DNA of 64,000 nucleotides from the human T2T-CHM13v2.0 reference genome, Homo sapiens (GCF_009914755.1 NC_060927.1); one strand, 5' to 3'; counted from the stretch's first letter, positions 43,095-60,230 are shown. The notes: generated by a model not told the origin, from the letters alone. Program-made: numbers and translations.

Positions 43095-44111
43095 ATGGGG
43101 AAAAAACAGAACAGAAAAACTGGAAACTCTAAAAAGCAGAGCACCTCTCCTCCTCCAAAGGAACACAGCTCCTCACCAGCAACAGAACAAAGCTGGACAG
43201 AGAATGACTTTGACGAGCTGAGAGAAGAAGGCTTCAGACGATCAAATTACTCTGAGCTACAGGAGGACATTCAAACCAAAGGCAAAGAAGTTGAAAACTT
43301 TGAAAAAAATTTAGAAGAATGTATAACTAGAATAACCAATACAGAGAAGTGCTTAAAGGAGCTGATGGAGCTGAAAACCAAGGCTCGAGAACTACGTGAA
43401 GAATGCAGAAGCCTCAGGAGCCGATGCGATCAACTGGAAGAAAAGGTATCAGCGATGGAAGATGAAATGAATGAAATGAAACGAGAAGGAAAGTTTAGAG
43501 AAAAAAGAATAAAAAGAAACGAGCAAAGCCTCCAAGAAATATGGGACTATGTGAAAAGACCAAATCTACGTCTGATTGGTGTACCTGAAAGTGATGGGGA
43601 GAATGGAACCAAGTTGGAAAACACTCTGCAGGATATTATCCAGGAGAATTTCCCCAATCTAGCAAGGCAGGCCAACGTTCAGATTCAGGAAATACAGAGA
43701 ACGCCACAAAGATACTCCTCGAGAAGAGCAACTCCAAGACACATAATCGTCAGATTCACCAAAGTTGAAATGAAGGAAAAAATGTTAAGGGCAGCCAGAG
43801 AGAAAGGTCGGGTTACCCTCAAAGGGAAGCCCATCAGACTAACAGCGGATCTCTCGGCAGAAACCCTACAAGCCAGAAGAGAGTGGGGACCAATATTCAA
43901 CATTCTTAAAGAAAAGAATTTTCAACCCAGAATTTCATATCCAGCCAAACTAAGCTTCATAAGTGAAGGAGAAATAAAATACTTTACAGACAAGCAAATG
44001 CTGAGAGATTTTGTCACCACCAGGCCTGCCCTAGAAGAGCTCCTGAAGGAAGCGCTAAACATGGAAAGGAACAACCGGTACGAGCCGCTGCAAAATCATG
44101 CCAAAATGTAA
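43095..44111 (+). CDS. L1 ORF1p (RNA-binding chaperone), intact 338 aa
   Basis: MGKKQNRKTGNSK...; coiled coil, RRM (RPNLRLIGVPE), REKG, ARR and YPAKLS motifs all present. Confidence 0.95.
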   Translation: MGKKQNRKTGNSKKQSTSPPPKEHSSSPATEQSWTENDFDELREEGFRRSNYSELQEDIQTKGKEVENFEKNLEECITRITNTEKCLKELMELKTKARELREECRSLRSRCDQLEEKVSAMEDEMNEMKREGKFREKRIKRNEQSLQEIWDYVKRPNLRLIGVPESDGENGTKLENTLQDIIQENFPNLARQANVQIQEIQRTPQRYSSRRATPRHIIVRFTKVEMKEKMLRAAREKGRVTLKGKPIRLTADLSAETLQARREWGPIFNILKEKNFQPRISYPAKLSFISEGEIKYFTDKQMLRDFVTTRPALEELLKEALNMERNNRYEPLQNHAKM

Positions 44112-44147
44112 AGACCATCGAGACTAGGAAGAAACTGCATCAACTAA

Positions 44148-47751
<3,604 letters not shown>

Positions 47752-48175
47752 TGTGATGGTTAATACTGAGTGTCAACTTGATTGGATTGAAGGATGCAAA
47801 GTATTGATCCTGGGTGTCTGTGAGGGTGTTGTCAAAGGAGATTAACATTTGAGTCAGTGAACTGGGAAAGGCAGACCCACTCTTAACCTGGGTGGGCACC
47901 ATCTAATCAGCTTCCAGCGAATATAAAGCAGGCAGAAAAACGTGAAAAGGCTAGATGGCCCAGCCTCCCAGCCTTTCTCCTGTGCTGGATGCTTCCTGAC
48001 CTCGAACGTCGGACTCCAGGTTCTTCAGTTTTGGAACTCAGACTGGCTTTTCTTGTTCCTCAGCCTGCAAATGGCCTATTGTGGTACCCTGTGATTGTGT
48101 GAGTTAATACCTAATAAACTCCCCTTTATATGTATCCAATGAGTTCTGTCCCTCTAGAGAACCCTGGGTAACACA
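47752..48175 (+). mobile_element. MLT2A1-type LTR (HERV-L 3' LTR)
   Basis: tgtgatggttaatactgagtgtcaacttgattggattgaaggatgc...gttctgtccctctagagaaccctg...acaca; AATAAA at 48113-48118. Confidence 0.93.
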
Positions 48176-51100
48176 GGATGTTACAGATAAATTTGCTATG
48201 AATATTTGTGTACAAATCTTTATATTGACAGATACTTTAATTTTCTTGGGGGAAATACTTGGAAGTAGGTTGCATGGATTATATGCATGTGTGTGTTTTG
48301 CTTTTTAAGAAACTATCAAATGGTTTTCCAAAGTAGTTGAATCATTTTACATTTCTATCATCAGTGTATGAGAGTTTCAGTTGCTCAAAATTCTTGCTAA
48401 AACCAGATGCGGTGTATTTTTTTTTAAATTAGCCATTCTAATAGGTCTATAATGTTATCTCATTGTGATTTTAACTTAATGGTGTTGAGAATCTTTTCAG
48501 GTTTATTTGCCATCTATATGTTTTCTTTGGTGAAGTGTCTGTTCAAATCTTTTGTCCATTGTTTTCTTATTATTGAATTTTAAGAATTTTAAATATATAT
48601 ATATAAATATATTTTGGATATAAGTCTTAAATCAGATATGTGGTTTGCAAATATTTTCTCCCAAGTATCTGGTTTGTCTTTTCATTTTGCTAGCAGTGTG
48701 TTTCAAAAAATAGAAGTTTTAAAATTATGATAATGTCCAATTTATCTATATTTTATTTTACAGATTGTGATTTTGGTATCATATCTAAGGAATCTTTACC
48801 TAATCAAAGTTGCAGAAGTTTTCTCCTAAAAGTTTTATAGGTTTAAGTTTTACATTTAGGTCTATGATTCATGTTGAGTTAATTTTATGGTGCAAGATAT
48901 AGATCAAAGTTTATTTTTTTTTCTTGCATATATATATATATCCAATTATTCCAGCACCATTTGTTGAAAAGACTAATCTTTCTCTACTGAATTGCCTTTG
49001 AAACTTTGTCAAAATCATTTGTCTGTATATGTGTGGGTCTATTTCTGGACTCTCTTCTGTTCCATTTGTCTATTTGTCTATCTTTACACCAGTACCAAAC
49101 TGTCTTGATTATTGTAGCTTCATAATAAGTGTTAGTTCTCTAAATTTGTTCATCTTTTTTTTTCAGAGTTGTTTTGGCTATTCTGGGTCCTTTGAATTTT
49201 TATATCAATTTTAGAATCAGTTAATTTCTACAAAAAACCCTGCTAGAATTTTAACTGGGATTGGTTTAAATGTATGGATTGGTTTGGGAAGAGTGGCTTT
49301 CTTAGCATTATTGAGTCTTTTGACTAATGAACACAATATAGGTAGAACATCACTAATCTGAAAATCTGAAATTTGAAATGCTCTAAAATCTGAAACTTTT
49401 TCGGTAATGACATGATGCCACAAGTGGAAAATTACACATCTGACACCTTTGCTTTCTTATAGTTCAATATATACAAACTTTGTTTTCTGAACAAAAGTAT
49501 AAAAAATTTTGTGTAAAATTACCTTTAGGCTGTGTACATAAGGTGTATATAAAACAAATGCATTTTGTCTTTAGACTTGGGTCCCATTCCCAAGATATCT
49601 CATTATGCATATGCAAATATTCCAAATCCAAAAAAATTTACAATCCAAAACACTTCTTGTCCCAAGCATTTTGGATGAGGAATACACAACCTGTATATCT
49701 CACCATTTATTTCGGTGATCTTTAATTACTTTCAGCAATGTTTTATAGTTATTCAGTGCACAGGTCTTTTACATCTTTTGACACTTTTATTTTTAATTAT
49801 TTCATATTTTTGAGGCCATTTTTAATGGCATTGTTTTCAAAATATTAACTTCTGATGGTTCATTGCTAATATATAAAATAAAATGGATTTTTATATATTG
49901 ATCTTTTATCCTGCAACATTGCTTCAACTCATTTAATAATTCTAGTAGCTTATTTCAAAAATATAGATTCCAGTGGATTTTCTACATGAATAATTATGTC
50001 ATTTGTGAATAAAGAGTTTTGTTTATTTCTTTTCAATCTGGATACCTTTTATTTCTTTTTCTTGCTTTATTGCATTGACAAGAAATTCCAATATAATGTG
50101 AAAGAGAAGTGGTGAGAGTGGATATCTTGCTTTGTTCCTGATCTTAGCTATTCCTTATTTTTTTTAAGCTATATTTTCATAGAAGCCCTTCATCAAGTTG
50201 AGAAAGTTCCTTTTTTAAGGCAGTAAAATTCCTTTTTTAAAGCAAATAAAGAATGTATATTGATATTTGTCAAATACTTTCTTCTACATCTATTGAGATG
50301 ATCATATAGTTAATACATTTCTTTTGTTTCTTTATTATTATGGAGTACATTAATTGATTTTTTGTTGTTAAACCAACCTTGCACACTTGGTCATGATGTA
50401 TTATCCTTTAACCTGGTGTTGGATTTAATTTGCTCAAATTTCAGTAACAACTTTTTCAACAATGATCGTGAGGGATGTTGGCCTGCAGTTTTCTTTTCTT
50501 GTAATATCTCTATCTGTTTTGGACATTTAATTCTGGGCTTATAGAATGAGTTGAAGAATGTCCTCTCCTTTTCAATTTTGTGCAATAATTTGTGTAGAAT
50601 GGACACTGTTTCTTCCTTGAATCTTTGGTAGGATTATCAAGTGAAGCCACCTGGACCTCCGCATTTCTTTGTGGGAAATTGTATAACTATTGATTTAATT
50701 TCTTTAATAGTGGAGGGCTATTTATATTACCTAATTTTTTTCTTGAGTTAGCTTTGGTAGTTTGTATCTTTCAAAGAATTTGTCCATTGTATCTAAGTTG
50801 TAGAGTTTATTCAAATAAGGTTGTATATAATATTCCCTTAGTGTCATTTTGATATTTGTAAAATTTGCCCTGGTTTCACTTCTTTCATGCCTACTACTGA
50901 CAATTTGTATCTTCCTTCTTTTTCTCTGACCAGTCTGGCTAGGGATTTATTAATTTCATCAATTTTCTCAATTTTCTCAAGACTGACATATTATTTTGCT
51001 TTTGTATGTCTCAAAAGTCTTTATTTTGCTATCATTTTTGAAATACTTTTTTTTCAGTGGGTATAGAATTCTAGAATAGTTTTTCCCTCCCAATACTTTA

Positions 51101-52530
51101 AAGATATTGCCCTACTGTTTTTTACTTTTGCATTGTTTGTAACAGAAATTTACTGTTACCCTTATTTCTGTTTCTGTATACATATCTTTTCCTTCTACTG
51201 CTTATAAGATTTCCTATTTATCACCCATTTTGATACATTTTATTATTCTGTGCCTTAGTATTCTTTCTTTTATGTTTCTTTTGCTTAGGGTTTGCTAAGC
51301 TTCTTATATATGTGGGTTTGTCATTTTTATCAAGTTTGGAAAATTTTCATCCATAATATCTTCAAATATTTCCCCTCCATTATGACTTCAATTACTCATG
51401 TATTAGGCTGTTTGAGTTGTCCCACACCTAACACTCTGTCCAGTTTTTAACAGTTATGTTTTCTATGTTTCATTTTGGGTTGCTTCTATTTCCATGCCTT
51501 CAAGTTCACTAATCTTTTCTTCCTCAATGTCTAATCTGCTGTTAATTCTAGAAAGTATATTTTTCATCTTATACATTTTAGTTTTAATCATTAAAAGTTT
51601 GGTTTGGATCTTTTTATGCTTTTCATGTTTTTACTTAACTTTTTGAACATATGGAATACAATTATAATAACCATTTTAATATCCTTCTCTGCTAACTCTA
51701 ACATCTGTGGTTAGTTCTTAATCAGATTCAATTGATTGATTTATCTCCTCATTATATATCATATTTTCCTGTTTCTTTTGTATGTCTGGAAATTTTTGTT
51801 TGAATGCCAGACATTGTAAATTATGCCTTGTGGGATGCTATATATTTTTGTGTTCCTATAAATATTCTTGAGCTTTATTATAGGACACAGTTAAGTTACT
51901 TGGAAACAGTTTGATCTTTTCTACCCTTGTTTTTAGGCATTGCTAGGTAGACCAGAGTAGTGTTAGTCATGGGTTAATTATTCATTACTACTGAATCAAG
52001 ACCCTTCAGAATACCATACTCAATGCCACATAAATCTTGAGGTTTTCCAGTCTTCCTGGTGGATGGCAGGCACTATTCTCCCCAGTGAGTGCTCACTAGG
52101 TACATTTTGGGTGGTCCTTTCTCTGGTCGTAGGTAGTATCTTTACATGAATGCATTTACCCATACTCAGAATGAGGGACATTTTGTAGAAATCTGAAGTT
52201 CTCTCTCTGCACAGCTCTTTCTTTTCTGGTAATCTGTTCTGTGAACTCAAGCTGTTTTGGTCTCCTCAGACCCTCCATTTCATTTCCTCAGCTCATAGAG
52301 TCTTCTACACTCCACCTGGGTTCCCCTCCCTGTTCTCTGGCCTGGAAACTCCCTTAAGGTAGTAAGGTAGAGGAATCACAGAGTCCACATCACTTGTTTC
52401 ACATATCTGAGGGCTCAGTATCCTGCATTGCCTGGTGACTCAGTGTCTTAAAAACTATTGTTCATATATTTTGTTTATTTTTTTGTTGTTTCAGGTGGAA
52501 GAGTAAACTGTTCCTGTTTCTCCATCTTGA
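48176..52530 (-). mobile_element. Long old L1M (ORF2, ORF1 and 5' remnants), interrupted by Tigger4
   Basis: Antisense L1 ORF2 motifs (ccagcaccatttgttgaaaagact; gtgtgggtctatttctggactctc; gtgaagccacctggacct). Confidence 0.85.
49339..49693. mobile_element. Tigger4b/MER46-type MITE
   Basis: ctaatctgaaaatctgaaatttgaaatgctc...cccaagcattttggatgaggaatacacaacctg, flanked by TA. Confidence 0.85.
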
Positions 52531-52648
52531 CAGGAAGCAGAAGTTCTCCTTAGCTGATTTTTCTTCTTGCCTTATACTGGGTTCTTTAACACCAGAACAA
52601 AAATAAATAAATAAAAGAATCTTCCAGAAATTCATGAAGAGACTTCAG
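52495..52648 (+). ncRNA. SOX2-OT: Candidate lncRNA internal exon (154 nt)
   Basis: Strong acceptor ttgtttatttttttgttgtttcag|G and donor CAG|gtatgc; gene identity is from recall of SOX2-OT long isoform sequence, not verified. Confidence 0.6.
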
Positions 52649-53281
52649 GTATGCAGCATAGGTGTTTGACAACTACGTAGAGCAGTGGGCCAGTCTTAAT
52701 TTGTTTCATTAATCTGGTAAAAAAAGAAGGATTTGCATGAAATTCGCAATTCAGATTGCCATATTAGCCACTAAGTCAGAAGACTTGAGAGCTGAGCCTT
52801 GGAGAAACAAAATCCTTGACAGTTGTTGATGTTTTTGTAATAGGAGACTTCTATTATTTTAGCAAACAGAAAGACTACATAAAAATGTCAGAAAGAAACT
52901 ACTTTTGGAGAAAAAAATAGGAACTGACTCACTAAAGGGACCTATTGGGGATAATTACCCAGAGCCTGTGGTAGATCAGGATGGCTGATTTAAAGTTATT
53001 GTTTTTGCAAATTCTGCAAAAAACAAAAAAACAAACAAAGATTTTTTTTTCTTGGCTTTAGCAATAGTGGAAAAATTTCTTCCACAGCTGTAATCTCATG
53101 TAAACTGCCAAAGTGGATTTTATTCTCTGAGTTTCTCAAGCCTCCTTTTCTCTAATACAGAGTAATATTGGCTAATGATAAAACAGTACAAACTATAATT
53201 TGAAATAGTGTTTCAATTTTCAATTTGCAGTCTGGGAATAGATCACAAGAATTTTAGTTTGTTGGTTTCCTGCTGCCGTAG

Positions 53282-53434
53282 GTCAGGAAAGCCTGAACTT
53301 TCTCATCCAACACCCGTTCAAGTCGGAGGATGCTGATTAATTCATGATGGAAAGGTATCAATTTCACAGCCCAGACCTCTACATTCTTGAAATGCTCTTC
53401 TCATGGGAGACATTAAATAAGCTTTGAATTAACT
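53282..53434 (+). ncRNA. SOX2-OT: Candidate lncRNA internal exon (153 nt)
   Basis: Acceptor ttggtttcctgctgccgtag|G and donor ACT|gtaagt; identity from recall only. Confidence 0.6.
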
Positions 53435-56004
53435 GTAAGTAAATAAATATTCAATTATTTGAATAGCACTATATTCTGTTTCATTAAAAATATTTCTTAC
53501 TTGATTTTTCTCACCAATAAAAGTATTCAAAAATGTTTAATTCAATCATCATCACATCAAGAATTACGATATTATCTCCGAATTATATAAGTGATTTTCT
53601 GGTCATGCACATACCAGTTGTTCTTACTCTATATAAATGTACTTTTTTGTTAAAATATAATCATTTAGTTTAAAATTGAGATATCCTTGTTACTGGAGAA
53701 TTTCAAATATATTTAACAACAACAATAAAAAGCTTAAATATAAATAGCAAATGTGAGTAAGCATGGGATAATTGAATGGCTTTTTATATTTTTGGAAGTC
53801 AATTCCATCTTCATAGATTAATTCTTCCAGGTTTTAATTCACATTGAGTTCTAATGGCTGACACCATTTTTCCTCCTCTGTATCTTCTTCAGAATATGGA
53901 CATCTTGGGTTGTTGTGAGAATGGAGTTACCAAAGTTATAATCAGTTAAACACTAAGCAAAGTGTTATGGCAAAGTGTAGTCAAGTGCATTTCCTGTCAG
54001 ATGGTCAACACCTTAAGTGCTTGAGGTTGAAGAGAATTGTTTTCATCTCTGTTGATAGGAAGAACCAATGATGTGATCCCTGGATACTGGCAATTGTTGC
54101 CCAAGAAAACCTCTCCCCTTGCTGTGGGACTGCTGGGCACCCAAATAATGCACCCAAATAATTTGATAGCTCTTGTTACACAGCTCTTCTTGGACTAAAA
54201 GGCCCTCAGCATTCCTGTCAATTTCTACACTCCTGAAGCTTCATCTGGTAATTCCCTGACTTATGCAGTACCACCCCACTCCTAGAGTGTCTTTAGAGGT
54301 GTTTGCTTTCTTCTTAAAGCTATTATCCTCTTGTTCTTCGAGGGCTTATTCTTAGGGGACTTGGAGGGCTTATTAAGCCCTAAGACTCAATCATTAGCAA
54401 CCAAAAAATTAACTTCTACTCTCCCAAGGTCAGGGACAGCATAATCTTAAAATACAGTGGTTAGGGAAAATATTTGCATAACGTATTTTAAAGAATGCAC
54501 AGGAAGGGAAGGCAAATATAGAGGAGGAAGATGATTTAAGAGAGTAGAGCAGAAAATATACAGCTGCCACAAAAATTTAGAATTGCAGAACCAGCTAAAG
54601 GTAGGTGTTTGTTCTGCTTACTAATAAAGCATACACCAAATACAATTATTTGGAAGCCTATAATTTTTTAGGGTAAAATTTTTTAGGTGTTCTTCTAGTC
54701 TTACCCCATTATTTTAAAGATGTAAAAACTGGATCCCAAAGAGGAGAAATGACTTGGTTAAGCTCACACAGAAACTAGAATCCTACATCCTTTGTATTGT
54801 ATCAAATGCTTTTATGATTACCATATGCTGCCTTTTTAAGGCCTGTGATCTCCAGAGAGAGATTTCAGCTTTTTGATATGCCAAACTAAGGAATTCTTAG
54901 TTGGCCTTTTTTTTCTTCTTGAGTTTGTGCTTGCTTAACCTAATGAGTAGGTAATAACCCTGTGTTTCCGAATTTCTTAAATCAGACTTTTTGGGGGATG
55001 AAATTTTGTTAATGATTCTGTTAAGAAATAATGTCTTTTACACTTTCTCAGCTGAAAGGCAAGGGGATGCAGGATGGAGGTTAGAAATACACAGCTGCCA
55101 TAGTCTAATTCTTATATAGATATTATTGAGTGATTAAATGATCAAGAAAACTGCCTACTGCTTCTCTTTACTTTTCTGTATTTAGCAGGAACATGACCTT
55201 TTCTTTTTGATCCATAATGAGAGAGATGAAGAGAATATGAGAGAATATATGAGAAATGAAAGTGTGCTAAGAATCCACATAATTAAACACCCAAACACTT
55301 AGTTTATCATTCAAGATCCTTCATGATCTTGCCAATCTATTTTCCCAACTATATCCCATATTATCTCCCTTTGCATACAGTTTAATCCATACACTAAATA
55401 ACTTGCTATTCTTTAAATGCTTTGTTTTTCTACCTCTGCCTCTATTTTCATACTGCTTTCTCTACCTGACATTCTCTGTCCCCAAACTGTTGCTATTCAA
55501 ATTTGACTTAGCTTGGGTTACCTGAGATATAGACACTGAGACAAGCTTTTAAGGTTGAGTAATTTGTTAGAGAGTAAAGGTAGGAGAATGATTAAGTGAA
55601 AGAATGAAAGAAAGTTTATTTTGGAAGAGCATGTTATCAAGACAGCTTTCAGTTCCAGGAAGCAACTGAAGCATAATCCCACAGGGAAAGCTCTTGAAGC
55701 CCAGACAAGCTATTCTGCCTTAAAGTTATCCTACCCAAGGGGTAAGGGAGCTAAGTATTTATACACCAACACTCTTCAGATATTGCTTGAGAGCTGCTCC
55801 TAGAGACATTAATTCCAGAAGCTTCCAACCTGTTGAACAGGTGGCAGAGTGAGTTTCAGCAGTGAGAGGACACCCTTAACAAAGAACTACTGGTGCTAGG
55901 AGTTGGAAGTTGGGCCAAAGGGAAACAGATGCTAACAGGGAGGTAATATGAGAGGCACTGACAGCATCTGCTACAAAACTGTCCCCAAAAGAAAAGATGG
56001 GATA

Positions 56005-56360
56005 CAGCTGGTTATGCTGCAGTTAAAAAGCAACCAAGTATTAATGGCTTAATACCACAAAAGTTTATTTTTCACTTCTTGTTATCAGGAGACCTCTGTG
56101 GATTCTATAACTCAAAGACCCAGGCTGACGGCTGGTGGAATAGCTACCATCTCAAACATGGCGTGATGCTGCATCAGAGAGAAAAATAAGCTCTTGCATT
56201 GACAATGAAATGTCTACCCTGTAGTGACTTGTGCTTACTTCCACTCACAAGTGATTGCCCAGAGCTACTTACCTGGCTCCAATCTACCACTGGGTGTGTA
56301 CTTGCAATCTACCATGTACCTAGAAGATGAGAGAAACAAATTATTAATGATGACCACACC
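56005..56360 (-). mobile_element. Old MLT1 (J/K-type) LTR
   Basis: ggttatgctgcagt...atggcttaataccacaaaagtttatttttcac; gacccaggctgacgg. Confidence 0.65.
56089..56223 (+). ncRNA. SOX2-OT: Candidate lncRNA exon inside an antisense MLT1 LTR
   Basis: Acceptor ttatttttcacttcttgttatcag|G; donor uncertain (GTA|gtgact at 56223, or 56220); identity from recall only. Confidence 0.45.
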
Positions 56361-56429
56361 CCAATACTAACAACAATTGCAGAAGAATCAATGACTTAAA
56401 CAAAAATGTGGCCATTGAAGGAATAGAAA

Positions 56430-57720
56430 ATATAGTGAGTTTAGTGTAAATTTAAAAGTGATTTATAAGTAACATACAAAATCCAGAAACTATAAGAAAA
56501 CAGATTCACAAATATAAATATATAAAGCTTTAAAAAAGTTTAATGTAACAAAAATGGCATAAAAGGAGTCAAAAGTTTTTAAAAAATATGTTAATGCAGT
56601 AGATTAGGTGCTAATTTTCTTAATATACTAATAACTCAATAAGAGAAATTTTGTATCTAGAAGAAAATGAACATGGAAATAGGCAATTCACAGATAATGG
56701 CATTCATCTGGCGAATAAAAAAATGTGTGACATTCAGAATAAAATAAAAATGAAATACTGGTTTTCAGCCATCACTTGAGCAAAACTGCAAAGATACAAT
56801 GAGACTCAGGCATTCCCATATACTGTGGATGGGAGGGCAAAGACCTTCAACCTCTAATTTTATTTCTATTTTTAAACATGTATGTTAAAATTTTAAATGC
56901 TAATGTCCTCTTGACCCAATAATCTTATGTCTAAGATTTGAATCTGGAGATAAACTTGAACAAATGCATCTAGATTTATGTATAAGTATTAATATAGTTT
57001 AGATGTGTGTTCCCACCCAAATCTCATATTGAAATGTAATCCCCAGTGTTGGAGGTGGGTCCTGGTGTGAGGTGATTGGATTATGGGGGTGAATTTCTCA
57101 GGAATGGTTTAACATCATCCCCTACGGCCCTGTCCTTGCATAGTGAGGTGAGTTCTTCTGAGATCTGGTCATTTAAAGTGTGCAGCACCTCCCCGCCTCA
57201 CTCTCTCTTGCTCCTGCTTTTGCTATGTGATGTGTGAGCTACTGCTGTGCCTTACACCATGATTTGAAGCTCCCTGAGGCCTCCCCAGAAGGAGATGCTG
57301 CCATGCTTCCTGTACAGCCTGCAGAATTGTGAGGCAATTAAACCTCGTTTCTTTATAAATTACCCAGTCTCACGTATTTCTTTATGGCAATGCAATAATA
57401 GACTAATACTAATATGTTCAGTGAAACATTATTTGTCATTATAACACCCCCATCCACCAATGTCCATAGATAGGAGATTAGCTGAATGATTTATAGTACA
57501 TACTTATAACGAAGTATTATACAGCCATTGAAAAGCCTGAAATAGACTTTTGTGGGCTGAAACAAAAAGCCTAGGATAGAATATTGATGAAAAATGAAAT
57601 ACAAAAAGCAATCTATAGTGTGATTCCACTCGTGTGTGTGTCTTGCAGATGCATAGACAATTTGTGAGCGAATACGAGAATGTTAAGAGTGGCAGCCTTT
57701 GGGGAGGGCTAATAGTTCAG
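56430..57720 (+). mobile_element. L1ME-type fragment split by MSTA
   Basis: aataggcaattcacaga; ttgacccaataatc; tattatacagccattgaaaag. Confidence 0.6.
56990..57410 (+). mobile_element. MSTA MaLR solo LTR
   Basis: atatagtttagatgtgtgttcccacccaaatctcat...cttcctgtacagcctgcagaattgtgaggcaattaaacctc...gactaatac. Confidence 0.92.
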
Positions 57721-59009
57721 GGAGATAGAGCAGGGCTGTAGAGGATGTCAATTATTTTTTGGCGATGCTCACTCACCATTCCTTGTCTTTATAAAAAAAA
57801 CCCTTCTCACTCACATACATGCTTTGAAGAAGGTGCTTCATTACTTCAACTCCAGAGATGCAAGATGAGACCCAAGCCTGGTAAAAGAGCCTACCCAATT
57901 TCACTACCCACATTGACTCATCAAGGGTGTTATGAGTTGAAAGTTGGTCAAACCTGAGAGAGTTTTGGGACTTGTATGTGAGCCCCTGGGACTATAGAAA
58001 ACTCTTTTCTTCTGAGTGTGAGTCTGGAGGATGTATGCTTGAACTACTCCAGCCTATGAATGTTATGAAAGAGGAAACAAAACAATGAGGAAGAAGCATA
58101 GCGGATATGTCCAGAACAGATCATTGGACATTTCAGTTAAATAAACAACAATAAACAAACAAACAAACAAACAAACAAGCAATTTTTCCCCTTAGGGAAC
58201 TTTGAATTAGGACCTATCTAGATGAGTTCTTTTCCTTTATTTTAATATTATGTTCAGTTTGAATAAATATATGTAGTTTTGTAGTAAAAAGCATTTTGTA
58301 AATAAGAAGGTTCTATCCACTTTGTAATCACACTTTTAAAAAGATGCACAATAGAAAGCTTGGATATATAAACTGAGACATTTCTAAATGTAATACAAGA
58401 CAGCCATTAAAAAATAATGAGGTTTATTTATGTGTATTCATGTGGAAAGATACTCTAAAAGAGTGAGAAAATATCAGGTTCCAGAAAAATCACTTAGAAT
58501 ACATTTTCATTTATATAAAAGAAAAAGATGTTTATATGTTTATTACAATCCAAAAAGCTATACAGCAGATTAATCAGTTCCTAAGTATGGGGTTATGGGT
58601 GGGGGACTTCACTTCCTATTTTATACACTAATGTATGTAAATATTTTATCCCCATTCTTAGGTGATAAAGACCTCAAGGATGAGTTTCATCTCATCTTTG
58701 AATTCTTCAGATCACCTGCTCATATTAGATAACAAATATATGTTTGTGGAGTAAATGAGTTTGGAAAAAAGAAAACATAAAATTAATTAAGAGGAGGATT
58801 TTACTTCATAGAATAAGGAAAATCCAGCAGTTTTGTGTGTGTTAAAGGCAAATTTCCAATATTAGCAGATCCATAGGCTTTGAAAAAATAATCAGTTCAC
58901 AAGACCCACCTCCCCCAATTCTAGCTGGTCCTTTGCAGCTAGAGTTACTCAGAGAATAAGTAACATTTTATGTGTTTTTTTTTTTTAACTGGAGATTTTT
59001 TTCATAGAG

Positions 59010-59400
59010 GTAGTAATAGTTAGGATATTTTAGGGTTATGCTATAGTAACAAGCCCAAAATCTCGGTGGTTTCAAAAGTAAAAGTGTATTTCTTATGTTT
59101 GAAACCACTGAGATTTCATGCCACATTTCCAAAGCAAAGTAGCAGTAGTACTGTTCATTCTAGTCACTCAAGAACTCAGCAGATGAAGTCTCTGTCTCAA
59201 AATGTGCATCCACAATCACACTGGAAAGGAAAAGTCATGGCAAATTCTGCAATGTTTCTTCAAATTGTCATCTGGAGGTGACGTACACTCTTAGGTTTCA
59301 TTGGACCATGCAAATCACATGAACATGTCTCACTTCAAGGAGGTAGGGAAGTGCCGTCTTACCACATGCATTTTCTGAAGAATGATAGATGAGATTTACT
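59010..59400 (-). mobile_element. Old MLT1 LTR
   Basis: gggttatgctatagtaacaagcccaaaatctcggtggtttcaaa; catttcattgg-like and gcaaatcacatg motifs. Confidence 0.6.
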
Positions 59401-60230
59401 TCCATGCAACATTACCCACATTTACATACTTTTCAACATTCCAGTTTGGTGTCCCTTCCTTGAAGTCTATTTAAAAATGCTTGTATCATAACCACTTGCC
59501 CACAAATTACTTCCCAGAACACATGATTTTACCTATTAGCAGTGTGTTAACAATTTTGTTTAAAATAAAAATTCTCTTGACTTGTTAATTGCCATTTTCA
59601 GCAAATGCAAAGCAAACTGCAGCACTGCCATGTTCCCTAGGGTGAGTGGGAGGCTCAATAAATACTAAGGGGTGAGAATATTTGCCTTGATTAAAATGAT
59701 AAAGTAAATACTTATATTTGAAAATGTTAATCTGAGTAATAAGAGCTCTAATTTTTTTAGTCATCATGCATGATATAAAATATATAATTTATTGTGAAAT
59801 AAACTGCCCTAAGTAGGCCAAATATTGTCACCTTTACTGGCTAATTTGAATTCCAGCATATATAAACTTCCTGCTCATTTTTGGTATTATCATAACATTC
59901 TTTGTTTTATAAAAAAATTTTTTATTTGTATTGTTTATAGCAGAGATGTTATTCTACACATTTTCTGTTCAAGTTTCACTTATTTATAAATATAGTCATT
60001 TAAATTTCCATTGCCAAATTCACACATTTAATAGAAATAAATTTGAAGCAACCTTGATAAACACAAATGAAAGTAAAAAAACACAGAGTATTACAGTTTC
60101 TAAGAATACATTTAAAGCTGTGTATATCAATCAGAAATAACAGGCCATATTCAACCACCAGAAAAATGACTAAGGCTTTACTTGAATAGTCTGCGAATCC
60201 TTTGCAACGTTATTGAGTATAATTTTATTT

